Assembly (NCBI GenBank): GCA_043228905.1
Contig: JBHGNT010000014.1
Location: 17,236,001 to 17,300,000, forward strand
Origin: Azolla caroliniana
Taxonomy: Eukaryota; Plantae; Polypodiophyta
Length of the DNA stretch: 64,000 nt
Direction: 5' to 3'
Position 1 is the stretch's first letter; every line of letters starts with the position of its first letter. The notes below the pieces were generated by a model that did not search any database, had not been told where the DNA came from, and saw nothing but the letters and a program-made list of their open reading frames with translations. Both the position numbers and the translations under genes were made by a program. Below are positions 1-12,992 of this stretch, in pieces.

Positions 1-12
1 ACGAGCAACTTT

Positions 13-24
13 GCTCTGATACCA
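13..24 (-). promoter_or_regulatory. Primer-binding site (tRNA-iMet) of an LTR retrotransposon extending left of the window
   Basis: gctctgatacca = reverse complement of TGGTATCAGAGC, directly abutting an LTR end (tgttac at 25). Confidence 0.85.
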
Positions 25-391
25 TGTTACGAAGGCGCTCCGGCTCTTCTTTGTGCACAACGAATCATGATGTGCTCAAGATAGAAAAGGAAAGGGGAAG
101 GAGACTTACCTCTGTACCAAAACCAAAAGCTTCTATTTCATTACAAAGAGAGAACCTCTCGTCTGTTTCTTCTTCTCTTGCAACTTACTACTCTTCTTTT
201 TACCTAAGTTATAAGTGACTTATATATGCAACTAATTAGGCGTGAATAGCTAAATAGTTGTTTCACCTTTATGTCCACTAGTAGCTAATTTCCTAATAGC
301 TACTATAGAAGATCTCACTTACCAATATGCATCACATACCTTTGTTGAGCTTGTTTCTCAACAATGCTTACATTAGGATTTAGCCCTAACA
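25..391 (-). mobile_element. 5' LTR of a minus-strand tRNA-Met-primed LTR retrotransposon
   Basis: tgtta...taaca inverted termini next to the PBS; the right boundary rests only on the terminal motif. Confidence 0.55.
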
Positions 392-1048
392 CACCATGTA
401 TGGAATACACACATAAGCCAAAATTATAATTATGAGAAAGTGAGCTTATGGAAGAGCTTATCTTAATAGTTCATACTAAGTGTTTGATATGCAAGGTTTG
501 AGGTTTGAGACTCACAAATTTTCATGAAAACACCATGATTTGGTTGATGGAACACTTGAATTTCTGCTTTAGGTAGCGGGCTTGATTCTCGACTCTCGTG
601 AAATATCATCACTTAACTTGTTGGTTTGCTAAACCAAAACATGGGGATCTCCTCTTGAAGATCTGCTAAATCTTCTAATACCTCTATCTTGCTTATCTAT
701 TCTCTTTTCAAGTCACGCCATGTAACGGAGTCGAGAGGTATCTCGCTTGTATCTAAATAACCCTTTAAGACTTTGATATGTTCTGCCCTTTTCAATAGGC
801 ATATAAGATTAATATCAGTAATCTACCATCGAATATTAGTCTCTATTGAGTAGGGATCAAATCAGAATTTTAGGCTTAGAAATCTGAGAAACTTACCAAA
901 AAACAGATTCTAGGTTACCTCACCAAGAAACTTACCGAGCTTGAATGACAATGGAATGCTTTGGAGCATGTCACCAACTACTGAACAAAAAGTTATACAC
1001 TTACTATTATGAAAAAGAAGTGCTTGATTCTCTTAAAAGAGGTTTAGG

Positions 1049-1295
1049 ATGTCTTCATTGAGGAACTATCAAAAGGGTTACCTACCTCAACCTTACATTG
1101 ACCATTATATTGATCTCATCTTGGGTATGACACATGTTAGTATTCCTCCATATCAATTTAGTCTAATTGAAGAGAACACGATTGTATCACAACTTATCGA
1201 TGTCGTGATGTGGGGTGTGCATAGGAGGAATTTAGTTAAACTAGGATTATTAACAAAGTTGATTGGTAGGTTGAAGAGGTGAAGGGAAGGGCATT
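1049..1295 (+). pseudogene. Highly decayed Ty3/gypsy pol fragment followed by a PPT-like tract
   Basis: DHYIDLILGMTHVSIPPYQFS resembles the pre-RT 'DH.IDL.PG..P...PYR.S' motif; purine tract gaagaggtgaagggaaggg followed by tgtga. Confidence 0.4.
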
Positions 1296-1342
1296 TGTGA
1301 CTTTATTATTATTTAGGAAAGAAAAATCATGGTATCACAAAA

Positions 1343-1725
1343 TGTCAATATCAAGATTCAAACTTATAAGTTACCTTTAAATAAGAGCTTTACACTCTAA
1401 CCATCACACCCATTTATTTTAGTATATTTTCATTATATATTATTTAAAGTTATTTAGTTCTAGATACAATGAATGACCACCAAATGGCATGCATGCATGT
1501 ATGCCTAGTGGTGCACAACATGTATGCAAAGTGGTGATCATGAGTGATCCTATGTATGCTATGTAAGTGGACGACTTGCTTAGTGTTAAACCATTCCGGT
1601 TCAATGCCGGTCTTCAACACCCTTGTCATCTTAGTCTTTGGGTAACAAAAATTGTTGTCTTCTTGTTTTGTTATAATCTTCTTTTCTTCGAAATCTACAT
1701 CACCTTCGAAGCTTCGGTCATGACA
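1343..1725 (+). mobile_element. 5' LTR of a decayed Tcn1-like chromovirus
   Basis: tgtca...tgaca termini; immediately followed by a self-priming-type PBS and gag. Confidence 0.65.
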
Positions 1726-1786
1726 ATTTGAACTAGAATATACTCATTTTCCCCCCCCAAGTATTTAGTAGAATCTCCTCATCACA

Positions 1787-4022
1787 ATGGAGACCGTCAA
1801 TAAACAAGAGTATATGCATATTCTATCAAAACTTGACCTCCTAACAACAAAATTTGTTGTATTTGAACAAGAGAATCAAAAACTTCTTAGAGACTTACAA
1901 CAAGTGAGTGTTGAAAAGGCATAACAACATGACAAACTCTCTAAACGTGTCCAACAACTTGAAGCAGTTGTGTTATCTCTTTGACAACAAGGTTCAACCT
2001 CTCAAAGCTTGTTGAAGGAACCCAAAATTAGTTTGCTAGAAAAGTTTGATGCTACAAGGTCTCAATTTCAAACATTCTTAAATCAAGTGCGCCTTGTAAT
2101 TCATATGCATCCCAACCGATATCCAATTGATGCAACTCGAGTTAGGTTAGTTGGAACATTATTGACAGGAACCATACTAGCAAGGTTTACACCATTGCTA
2201 GGGAAGAAGTCACCAATACTAGATGACTTTGATACCTTTATCAATGAAGAATCACGATAAACAAGATTCGAAGATTGCATCAAGGAGATCACCCTGCCTC
2301 AGCTTGCACAACTGATTTTCGTCTTCTTGCTTGTGATATCCCTTGGGATGGACTTATTCCACCATGGTTTGTTCAATGATGTTAAAGACTTGATCATGAC
2401 ATTTCACTCTATCAAACCTAAATCACTGGACGATGTGTTAAACGAGTAAGTTCGACCAAAATTGGAGCCATTTAATTGGACCAACCAAATCATATAGAAC
2501 TTGTTCTAAGCACAGGTTCCATTTTGTCGAACCAAGTTAGTAAAGTTTTAGTGGCACAAGTTCAACTTAGCACATTAAGATGTCATCAAGTTCTTGCATC
2601 TGTGCTCTTGGATTTAGGGGCCAACTCATGTTTCATGGATAGGGATTTGGCCACAACACAAGAAATTCTACTCTAAAAGCTTCCTTTTCCAGCATCTAAA
2701 GCAATAATTGATGAATGATCTATTGCATCAGGAGATATTATTAAAGAATCATAGCCAAATTGTGTAGTTCTCAGTAATTTAGCTTCTTTCAATATGTTCA
2801 TAAGTAGTTCGGAACATCCAATTGTTCTTGGCTTACCTTGGTTCAAACTTCATAATCCAAAGATTGATTGGAGGAAGCGTGAAATCATAGACTCACAAGA
2901 CAACAACAATTCAATGCTCTTCACCGCAACAACCTCAAAGCTAAGGCCAACACATATATCAACTATCTCTCTACAAAGATTATGTAAAGAAGCTAGGGTA
3001 GAAGAGATGTTCGTGTTTGCAGTGGTTATAACCCCATTTTTAAACCCACAAGATTCTGAGGTCCATTTACCATCAAAGTGTCAAGAATTCTCCGATGTGT
3101 TTGATAAGGTAAAGGCCAAGAAAATTGTTGATCATCTGCCATAAGATTGTCCCATCAATTTGAATCCTGAGAAGGAACCACCATGGGGACCAATTTATAA
3201 CCTTCGCCATCAGAACTGAAAGTTCTTCAAGAATATATTGATGAGAATCTTGTAAATGGATTTATTCGACATTCTTGATGTTCTGTTGGTGCTCCTACTC
3301 TTCTCGTTAAGAAAACAAATATCTCTTTATGTTTGGTCATAGGTTACCGAGGATTGAACAAGGTTATCATCCAAAATTGATATGCTCTATTATAGATTCC
3401 AAATCTCTTGGAGCGTCTCAGTGGAGCCAAATACTTCATAAGGCTAGACTTACGAGGAGCTTACAATCTTGTTCAGTTTCACCCTAGTGCTGAATGGAAA
3501 ACTTCTTTTCACATGCGATATGGTCACTTTGAGTACACAATAATGTCATTCGGTCTTACAAATGCCCTTACAGTTTTTCCACATATGGAAAATGATATCT
3601 TTCGAGATTTTCTTGATATCATCACAAAAATTTATTTGAATGACATATTAATCTACTTGATGACATAAGAGGAGCACGGTACCCATGTTTGACAAGTTCT
3701 ACAACGATTATGGGAATATGGTCTTTATGCCAAACTAGAGAAGTGTTTCCTTGACTGCAACCAAGTAGAAAGTACGAATGGTTCTAGATTGGAAGATACC
3801 AGGCTCAATTAAGGATGTGCAATGTTTCTTGGGATTTGCAAATTTCTACCGCAAATTCATCAAGAGTTACTCACAGGTTTTCTTGCCCCTCACAAAACTA
3901 ATACAAAAGAACTGATAATTTGTATGGACGTCAAGTACAACCAAGGAATTTGATAACTTGAAGCAAGCATTTACGAATGCTCCAATTTTGGTCCACGTTG
4001 ACATAGAAAAATCATTTATCAT
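1787..4022 (+). pseudogene. Decayed Tcn1-like Ty3/gypsy gag-pol (gag, protease, RT, start of RNase H)
   Basis: KEPKISLLEKFDATRSQF..NQVRL (gag), LLDLGANSCFMD (protease), [35 protein letters not shown] (RT), LKQAFTNAPIL; many stops and frameshifts; cut by an insertion at 4023. Confidence 0.9.
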
Positions 4023-5920
4023 TGTTTATGGGTGGGAGGTGGAGCCAAGAATGGTCCCCCCCCCCCCCCCAAAGGGGGTTATGTGTGAGGGACAGAGCCC
4101 CCTCCCAAGGGGGTTATGTGTGAGGGAAAGAGAAACAGAGACACAAAAAATGCGAGGGAAAATCTTCTTCTATATCTTTCATACCCCATGTGTGGGGTTT
4201 ATATAGTACAAGAGGTAACTGTTACAAATAAAGAATGAGACAAGTAGGGAGTTACACTACTTACCCAATCTCTCATCTTTGTACACATGCACACAAATGT
4301 GCATGTATTCATACACATACTCATCCTCACACAATCATGTACATTACACATACACAACAACTAGTTTATCGTGTTTCACCCTTATACCTCCCCATACAAC
4401 TCCTATGGGTAACACATGGCACGCCTATGAGACAATGCATTGGATGGTCGAACCCTCTTTCCATAGAAAACTCTCGTTGACCGGAACTCTATCGGTCTTC
4501 TCGTTGGTTGGAAATCCCTTGACTGGATCACTACTCTATGACCGCTAACTTTGATCGGAGCTTGCTTGACACAAACCTTCGCGTTCGGTCAACACACTCA
4601 CGATTGGATCACACACCAATCGGCTCATCCATTGTGGCATTGGTCATAAGATCGTGTTGCGTGTATGTGTATTCTTTCTTTCCTTCATGTGAGTTGGGTT
4701 TTTGTACCATGAGTTTTCCGAAATTTTGTTTTTACCCTCAAAGTTTTGAAATTTCCTTACCATGCCCCTCTCTTCTTCGTTTCTTCTTTTTCTTCCTCTT
4801 TCTGTCTGTTCTTCCATTGTCTTTCATCTTCTGTTTCCTCGTTCTTCTCCATCTTCATGTTTTGCATACTCTTCTGTCTATGTCATCGTTGTTATCATCT
4901 TCTTTTGCTTATGTTTCATTCATTTCTTCTTCTCTTTTTTCTTTGTCTGTCTCTTCTTCCTCTTTTGTCTTTTTCTTCTTTTTCACTTGTTCTTGTCTCC
5001 TCTTGGTGCCATCTCTGTCTGTCGATCTGTCCCCTGTCACCGCCTCTCTATCCCGTAGTCTCTGCCGTCTAGCCGTCATCGTATGTTCGTCGGCTCTGTT
5101 GCCGTCTACCAACTCTGTCATATGTCAAGTGTCACCGTTCTTAGGCTGTCGGCTGTCTGGCTGGCCGACTGTCCCCGTCGTCCGGCCAGCCATCGCCATC
5201 CACCGGTTGCGACTCTCTCTACCAGACGGTCGGTTGTGTCCGCTAGTTACTGGACCAGCTATCCAACCGGCTCCTCACCAAGCTCGGTGTCGGCTTCAAC
5301 ATGTTGATTATGCCCATCTATGCCTCGAAGCTGGCCCCGACACGCGTCTACGACTGCCTCGTCTCCCTCACCGAGGTCTTCCTAAATGCTGGCATCCTTT
5401 CATTCACATCAAGAATCCATTCGTTCTGCTAATTAGAAGCAAGATGTGTATGAAGAATCCATTCCTTCTCATCATGTTTATAATGTTTTCCCCCTTTCTC
5501 CTCATCTTTCACTAGCTTCTCACTTTCACCTGAGCTCCATCCTTCTTTAGCAAGCTATTAGAATGCATTCCTCTAGATCTACCATTTCGTTCCCTCTCAT
5601 TTAATTTGAACATGTCATCAACTGACCTCTAAATTTCTCCGCCTTTTCATAAACCTTATGTGACGTCAAAGACATCCTAAATTCTATCTCAACAGGATCA
5701 CGAGTTGAAGCAAGAATCTTAGCTCTATCCATACAGAAATTTTGAGAATCAAACTCAACTTCCCTAGTGTGGGAACACACCTTAGTATACTCAAGTGTGT
5801 GAACACCCCATCTCCTAGTATAGTAACTAGTGTGTCATAGAACTTTAGGGTTCTATGACACATATTTTGTAGATAGTTACGTCTCTACCTCTTTTCAACT
5901 GGTGGTTGTAGTGATAGAAC
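4023..5920 (-). mobile_element. 3' part of an LTR element (LTR about 4023-4359) related to the 3' half of the 35308-40579 element; no recognisable coding domain
   Basis: tgttt...aaca termini; its reverse complement matches 37430-37770 and 40345-40579 (shared aacccccttgggagggg, ccattctWggcWccacc, terminal acccatWaaca). Confidence 0.6.
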
Positions 5921-6129
5921 ATAGAAAGAAAGAAAGAAAGATATATTAACGTCTTTTGAAGGCCAAAATTCGTCCATGAGACAGTTGGTTTACAACAAAA
6001 TGGGTATTTATCCAATCATCAGACTAAAATAAAATAAAGTAAAAATAGAACTTAAACTAAAAGAGTTCTAGAAGTGTACAAAACATGGTATACTCAATAA
6101 AAGGAAGTGACTTTGCACTAAGCCTAAGT

Positions 6130-9100
6130 TCATTTCCACCCAAGCCTCTCAAAAAGAAGTGGGAGGTCAAAGGGTTTTGGTGTGGGTGTATAGAGTGCCC
6201 CAGTCATGCCTTCTAGGCAGTGTAGCTGACGTTCACTTATTTTCTTTATTGCTTCTACACCACGTCGAGTTGCTTTGAAACCCAACATCCGAGGGCGTTT
6301 GGTTCTTCTTTGAATTTCTGCTTCATCAAGGAAAAGGCCGAGTGGTGTAGGTGTGTCGACATTAGTTGTCTCGATTCTCCCCCTGTTCTTGAAAAACTTC
6401 ATTTCTTACATGTTGGTGAACATTAGCAACATTATTGTCAGCATTTTGTTTAACTCATTCTCTCTGTGTTGTTTTAGTTTCTAGGATGTATTTGCCTAAT
6501 TTCTTTATATCTAGAGTATCTAATATTTTGGGAAGGGTAGGAGAGGAACCAAGTATGTTTTGGTATTTTGCCCTTATCTTGGCGCAGGTGGGACACTTGC
6601 ATGTAAAGTGGTACTCATCCTCTATCTCTATGTGGCATAACCTACATATCCTTTCCTCCCTAGAGACTCCATTAGTACGACCATTCTCAATCTCAAGTTG
6701 GTGAGATGATATTCTAAGTTGTCAAATGGAAACCCTTAGTGCATGTGGTAAGAATACATCTAGATATTTTGGCCGTGTAATAAAACCTAACTTAGAGAAG
6801 TGCATGAAGTGTTCCTTATATTACAACATTTTAGATGGGAGTGGCTCTAGTGGGGTGATCCATTTATACCGAGTGTAAATTTGCCATATTTCTTGGCGTA
6901 TTACTTTATTGCGGTCCTCATGAGAGATTAAAGTGTTATCAATCGCGTGGTTGTACCTAAGGGGAGGGAGATTAATGTCTAGACCGTTCACAAGAAACCA
7001 ACTCACCATCATGCTATACCATGAGCTAGTATAATCGGACTCATATAGTGATCGAGAGGCCTTAAAGGCTTGATGGGATATTCTATCATGTGGTTGGCTA
7101 TGTATCCTGTGGATAAAGACTACAAGTTGAAAAAGTGCCTCTATTAAGATCGGGGGTAAAGTGAACTCAGCCCTAATAATGTCATGTGGTACTGTGAATT
7201 TGCTTCAGAGTTGGCGTCATAATATTATCACCAATGGTCTCTCTAATTGTGTCCACATGAAAGATGGTAGTCCTAGAGCCCAAACCACTGATGCATACAT
7301 GAGGGAGGGAGTCACTAATGAGTCAAAGAGCCACCCTTTAGTTCGTGGCTCTTGAAAGTATGGTTGATGGCATTGTCTCTCGAGGAGTGAGAGGGATGCA
7401 TGTCCTCTTGTAAGTCTATCCTTGGCTGATTGTGTCATCGAAAATTTACCTAAACGGGCACTGAAAGTGACTCCGAGATAGACATATGATCCAACCACCT
7501 CAACTGGGCTATGGGAGATGTTTAGGTGACACTTAGCTCTAACTTGAGCCGATGTGTGGAAGATAAGGACTTTATTTTTCCCTAGATTCACTGCCAATCC
7601 TCGTTGTGTGTCATCAAAAATTTACCTGAGCGGGCATTGAAAGTGATTCCGAGATAGACATATGATCCAACCACCTCAACTGGGCTATGGGAGATATTTA
7701 GGTGACACTTAGCTCTAACTTGGGTCGATGTGTGGAAGATAAGGACTTTAGTTTTCCCTAGATTCACTACCAATCCTCGTTGTGCGCAAAAGTCATCTAA
7801 GGCATTAAGGTGCCTTTGTTGGTCGTGTTCGGATTCAGAGAGCAAAATTATATCGTCTGCATAGAGCAAGATACGAACCTGCGTATCCCCAAGGACTACT
7901 CTGTTGCCTCCTTACAAGCAATAAAATCTATGATCTCATCAATGTAGATCCCAAAAAGAGTCGGAGATAGGGGGCAACCTTGTTTTACACCAATAGTGCT
8001 AGTGAAACAATTGGATAGTCCACCTGGGCATCGAACACACCCGGACACTTGTTCATATAGTGCATAGATGGCCCAAACCATGTGATCTGGTATCCTCAAG
8101 CTTTTAAGCCTATCAAACAACCGCTCTCTAGGGACTGTGTCAAAAGCTTTGTGGAAGGCCATAAAACATCAATATAATTTCTTCTTGCGAGCCTTAGTTT
8201 GGTCAATTAAGCATCTAAGTGTGAAGATATGATCAATAGTGGAGAAGGCTCATCTAAAGTCAACCTGTTTAGGTGCACGAAGATTTAGGGTCTCCAAATA
8301 ATCGCTCAGCTCTGCCTCCATTACTGCACCATATAATTTAGCAAGGGTATGACCTATCATAATGGTCCTATATGTATTTGGGTCCATGGGGTCCCCCCCT
8401 TTATGTATGGGGGCCACTATGTTCATAGTCCATTATGGTGGAAAACCCTTTGCGAGGGCACGATTGAAGATTAGAGTTAGCAAGGGAGCTAGGCACTCTC
8501 TCGCATATATAATGTGTTTTGCTCGCAATCTTGTGTGGTCCACAGACTTCCTATGTTGTAATTTCTTTATGACCTTCGTGACCCTAGAGGTCGTGAAAAG
8601 TGTCCCCGTTGTAGGTCGGGGTGTAGAAGGCATTGGAATGGGTTTGGGATTTTGTAACATCTCTTTGTATATATGTGCCAGGTTTCGGGAACTTCGATGG
8701 GTGTTTGTGGTCTTGGTTCCCATAATCTCTTCCATGCAGTGGCGCAATTGCCACTCATGAGAATATGGTAGAGTTTCCAATACTGGGATGCTTCCCATGC
8801 TCGTCTCTTATGACGTGTCATCTTGCACATTTCCTTGCGAGCTTGTACTGAGGTAGTACTACCACAGAGTTGCGATATTGTAAGTTGTCTATGTAAGTTC
8901 CTACAGTCCTCATCATACCATCTATTTTGTGGCATAGATCATAATCTACCTTGATTGGAGTGTTTCGTATATGGGAAACTGCTAACTATTGCGGAGTGAA
9001 AGATGTGTGTGAGTTTCGTACTAAGGCTCTCTAAAGGTAGGGAGGGATCAAGGGAGGAGAGATGGGCTTGAACATGTGGAGAGTATATGTCAGAGAGCTC

Positions 9101-10010
9101 ATGTGTGAAATGTATTGTGGTGCGATGGCGTGGTTGACTAGATTTGGTGATGTTAGAGATATCGCATTTTAGCTCGAAGTATAAGAAACTATGGTCCGTG
9201 CAAATAGGGCATGGGGACACCTGGAAGGAGTTAATGATGTGGCTAGCTTCAAGGCATCCTATTAGGTAATCAACTATGCTTTCCCCTCCTCCATGTGGGA
9301 AACATGTGAGCTCTTCCGAGCCTCGCCACTTGGCTAAACCATTATATATAACCATCTGGTGCCAATTGCCAAGTTCGAGCAAATGATGGCCAAAGCTCAT
9401 GGCGTCCGCACCTTGATCCTCTGATCTACGTGTGGTGCCTATGTCTAAAGGATTGACATTTACCATTTCTAGGTTTTTATTCATATGAAATACTGTGCAT
9501 TGTCGGGATTGGGTTCTCGCATTAAAGTCTCCTACAAGGCATACTTCTCCTTGGGACGAATATCGGATTATGTCATCAAAGAGGTTCGTATGGGGAAGGC
9601 CCATGTGGCACTCCGTCATCAACTAATCTCACCTCGCCAGCCAAATTATAACGAGATCCTTTCGGGGGAAAGTAACAAATGGCGAAAAATACTACCTTGT
9701 CTTTGCTTGTGGAGACTTTCACCCACATAAAACGAGCTTCTGTGTTTGTCCTCAGTATTTCTATCCTCTTATGTAGCTCTCTCCGAAACAATATTGCGAC
9801 ACCTCCAGATCCCCTAGTAGTGCATCAATGTGAGGTTTGTCTAAAAGGGGACTCCCAATGAAATCCTTCGACTTGTGGGAGTCCTCTATCTGGGCTTTGG
9901 TGTGTTTCTACCAAGAAAAGTATATTTGATATTTTTCATATCTCCTCTAGGCGGCTGGGGTGTGTGTCCAGAGTGCGCCCTTACAATTCCATAAGGTCAT
10001 CCTAAGTGTA
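6130..10010 (-). pseudogene. LINE ORF2 pseudogene (APE endonuclease, RT, C-terminal Cys/His finger)
   Basis: Fragmented ORFs 8939-9622, 8433-8935, 7896-8162, 7217-7869, 6821-7012 and 6130-6402. Confidence 0.9.
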
Positions 10011-10036
10011 TTTTCTGTCACATGGGCCACACGCCG

Positions 10037-10818
10037 TCAATTAGTAGTGCGATCATATATAATCACTCGCCCATCTCGATAAAAGGCGCGATGCCCTTCT
10101 TTACGAGCTTGCATAACTCGTGGCATACAACTCTTGCGATGTTGAATTTGCATCTTAGTGAGGGCTTCATCGAGATAGATAGGGTCCCCACCCAATCCTT
10201 GAGGAATTGGTCTCTTCTTAAAGAAAGTGATTGTAGAGTCTAAGTCTTTAAATTGAAGGACTAAGGCTCTCTTCCTAGTTGTGTCACGTCTGGCCCTCCA
10301 AGCTTTGGTGATAGGTAGGGCCGCTATGTACCATAACATTTTCCCAAGTGTTTGTGCATCCTTGTTTGGGGATGCACCTTCCTTGAGCCCAGTGACACGT
10401 ACATTTAAGCATCGGGCTTGACGCATTTTCTCTTCTTCAAGGGTGGTATAAACAATATTTTCATCTTTTCTTTCCTTTCTAATGTTTCTTTTAACCACAT
10501 CTACCCAACCCGTTTTAGCTAACTTTATGTTTTTTCTTTTATATCCTCTATGGAGGATCTTTCACCGTCCTCCCGAGATACCTCAATGTCGTTAAGTTAT
10601 TTTTTAAGGTTGATGTTTTCCACTTCAAGTTTCTCTATTTCGGCCTTGAGGGCATCTTTTTCCTCTCTATCTTTTTTCTTGTGGGTTTCGACGCCTTTTG
10701 CCCATGTTTTGATATCCATCTCTAATTTTGTTAAACGATTACACATATCTAAAAAGTCCTCTTTACTTATAGCCTCGTCTTGTATATCCTTATGTTCCTT
10801 AGCTCGTTTAGACGTCAT
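10037..10818 (-). pseudogene. LINE ORF1 pseudogene (coiled coil followed by an RRM/CTD-like region)
   Basis: MTSKRAKE..coiled coil; NVRVTGLKEG..AWRA..RALVLQFK..IYLDEALT; homologous to ORF 28232-28792. Confidence 0.8.
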
Positions 10819-11051
10819 TGTGGTGTCAATAAGAAAAAGATAAAATAAATGGATGTGAGACCTAGCCGAGTTTGTGTGTATGTCGTAGTCACATCGACAT
10901 TTTGTAGCACGCGACGAGCACGCTGAAAGAACCCACGAACAGAGGTAGACACTCGAGGTGAAACCCACACACCTCAATGGTCCAAGGATGTGCATTTTAC
11001 AACAGTCGCAACGCAGACCATGCACGTACACCAAGTGGCACTAGGCAACGT

Positions 11052-11165
11052 TGTCGTGTTATTACGCGCATGCGTGTAGAAGGGGCGGGACCACGGGGGT
11101 CTCGGACAAGAGAGAAAAGGGATGCCAAGAAAACCGACTCCGGACATGACCCGGAGGCAACCGAA

Positions 11166-11235
<70 letters not shown>

Positions 11236-11702
11236 GCATGCGCGCGACGCCGACTCTTATGCACAGGAAACAAAAAGGGCTATACACCTGACACCACCAA
11301 TATGCACAACATATGTAAGTGTTTATATTACAAAGGGGGAAGATACAACGTCGGCTTCGAGCCGGGTATGCTCAGAAGAAGAGAAGTTAGCCCTAACAAC
11401 TTTGCCGCCATGGCTGCGGCGCCCGACTTCTCAAGAAGGAGAAGAAGAAGAAGTTACTAACCCTAGGAAACAGAATGACCCTCGACAAAATTGGTATACC
11501 CTCCTGACTCAAAATGGGCAACCCCTCTACAAGGGACCCTCCCTTCCTTTTATAGAACAAGGAGGGAGGAACATTACAATGTGGGATAAATACTCCCCCT
11601 TATGCTATACACAGTTTCCTACTATACATGTGCACATGTTGCACACCACCGACTTGCCCGTTCCACCCCGGTTTCACACTATAGCCGGAAATCTTCACGA
11701 CA
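11052..11702 (-). repeat. 3' LTR of element A (651 bp, contains a (GA)n tract)
   Basis: Direct repeat of 26381-26851 plus 27640-27776. Confidence 0.92.
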
Positions 11703-12958
11703 TCCAAACCGCAAGTCCACCGGTACGTGCCAAGAAAGGAAAGGATGAGAGATTTCGGTGACGGTGATCAACCGGGTTCTCCTCCTTCCCGATACCAGAC
11801 AGTCTTGCTGGCTCCTTACCAGCCTTGATCCGTCGGCTCTATCCGATCCACGCTTGTCTCCCATAGGTGCTACCCATGTGTGATTGTCGTCCTCCGAATG
11901 TGCGCTCATTCTTCGGTCCTTAGGTGACCCCATTACGCACTCCTTGTTTCTACCTCGCTTGCTGCGCTCTCTCTCAGTAGTTGTCCCCTCACCGCCACCT
12001 TCCTTCTCCTTGGTCTTACGTTGCCTCGGCGGCTTGAACTGCCAAAGTCTCCGGAACTGGTGTGGAGGATCCCTCTCCGGCTTTCTATTCGAGATCACCT
12101 GAACCGACAACCTTCCTTTGCCTCAGTAGTTCCGCTCTAGCGCTTCCGTGTGTCGCACATTTTTCTTCTCGTTGTTCAGCACCGCCTGTTCCGTTCTCTG
12201 GTTACTCCTATGCACGCGTTGTCGTAGTGTATTTTGTACACTACGTGAAAAACGTATATAGTATTAGATTCAATAAAAAATGAAGAAATAGAAGAAAATA
12301 GCAAAATAAATGGAACATGCATAGGGCAAGATTCGAACCTTGCACCTCCATGTTAATGATGTAATGTCTTACCATTACACTAGCATTTCATTAGTGTTAA
12401 AGCATAGATGTCCCACATAGAAAGGTAAATTCACGCTAGGATAAACATTAAAAAAACGCATAACAAAAGAAAAAGCTACACATACACATCTAGCGTGCAT
12501 GATAAAAAACGCACAAGTTAGAAAAAAGCATGATCACTTTAGATAAAGCATATAGTCTATCTATAGGAAAAGCATGGGGTCTATAGTTAGAGAAAAAGCA
12601 TGGATTACTAAGACTTCCTCATCACTACATAAGGATGGGGAGCACAATGTAATTGTGTGTGAAAAATATTTGGAAACTGGATATGTTTCTAAAAAACACC
12701 AATTAATAAACTATACTCGTGGGATTCACGAGGATTATATATCATTCTCTTTCAACCCAAATTTATATTCTTATATTCATATTGATTAATCTAATACAAT
12801 ACACTCGTGGGATTCACGAGTTTGCTATTACTCTTTCTTACAACATATTCATATTCATAACTAGATTAGCCTCAAATTCTTCCTCCTCCTAGTCCAAAAC
12901 CTCAGCGGTTCCCACCCGACTCACGCAAACGATCCGGAGCCGAAAGGCACGACACAAT

Positions 12959-12976
12959 TGGTGAACCCGACGTGAA
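12959..12976 (+). promoter_or_regulatory. PBS complementary to the 3' end of plant tRNA-Trp(CCA)
   Basis: tggtgaacccgacgtgaa = reverse complement of ...TTCACGTCGGGTTCACCA; variants at 16979-16996 (+) and 26359-26376 (-). Confidence 0.85.
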
Positions 12977-12992
12977 GACGGGTGGCAAGGAG

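Larger units (their letters stand above)
5923..11051 (-). mobile_element. LINE copy 1 (ORF1 + APE-RT-CCHC ORF2, decayed), main body; its 5' UTR continues at 27777-28084
   Basis: RT motifs GVKQGCPLSPTLF and LYADD; APE motifs GDFNART and IVDY; (TTTC)n 3' tail at 5923-5940; homologous to 28175-32439 and 43044-46545. Confidence 0.92.

Noticed and set aside
4538-5515. 325-aa Phe/Ser/Leu-rich ORF resembling a membrane protein
   Set aside because: It is the antisense reading of a purine-rich low-complexity transposon interior, with no domain motif.
10974-11460. ORFs with (ER)n or (SL)n runs
   Set aside because: Translations of the (GA)n microsatellite in the LTR of element A.
12318-12387. Functional tRNA gene
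   Set aside because: Acceptor and anticodon stems are imperfect and it lies within both LTRs; kept only as a tRNA-like module.
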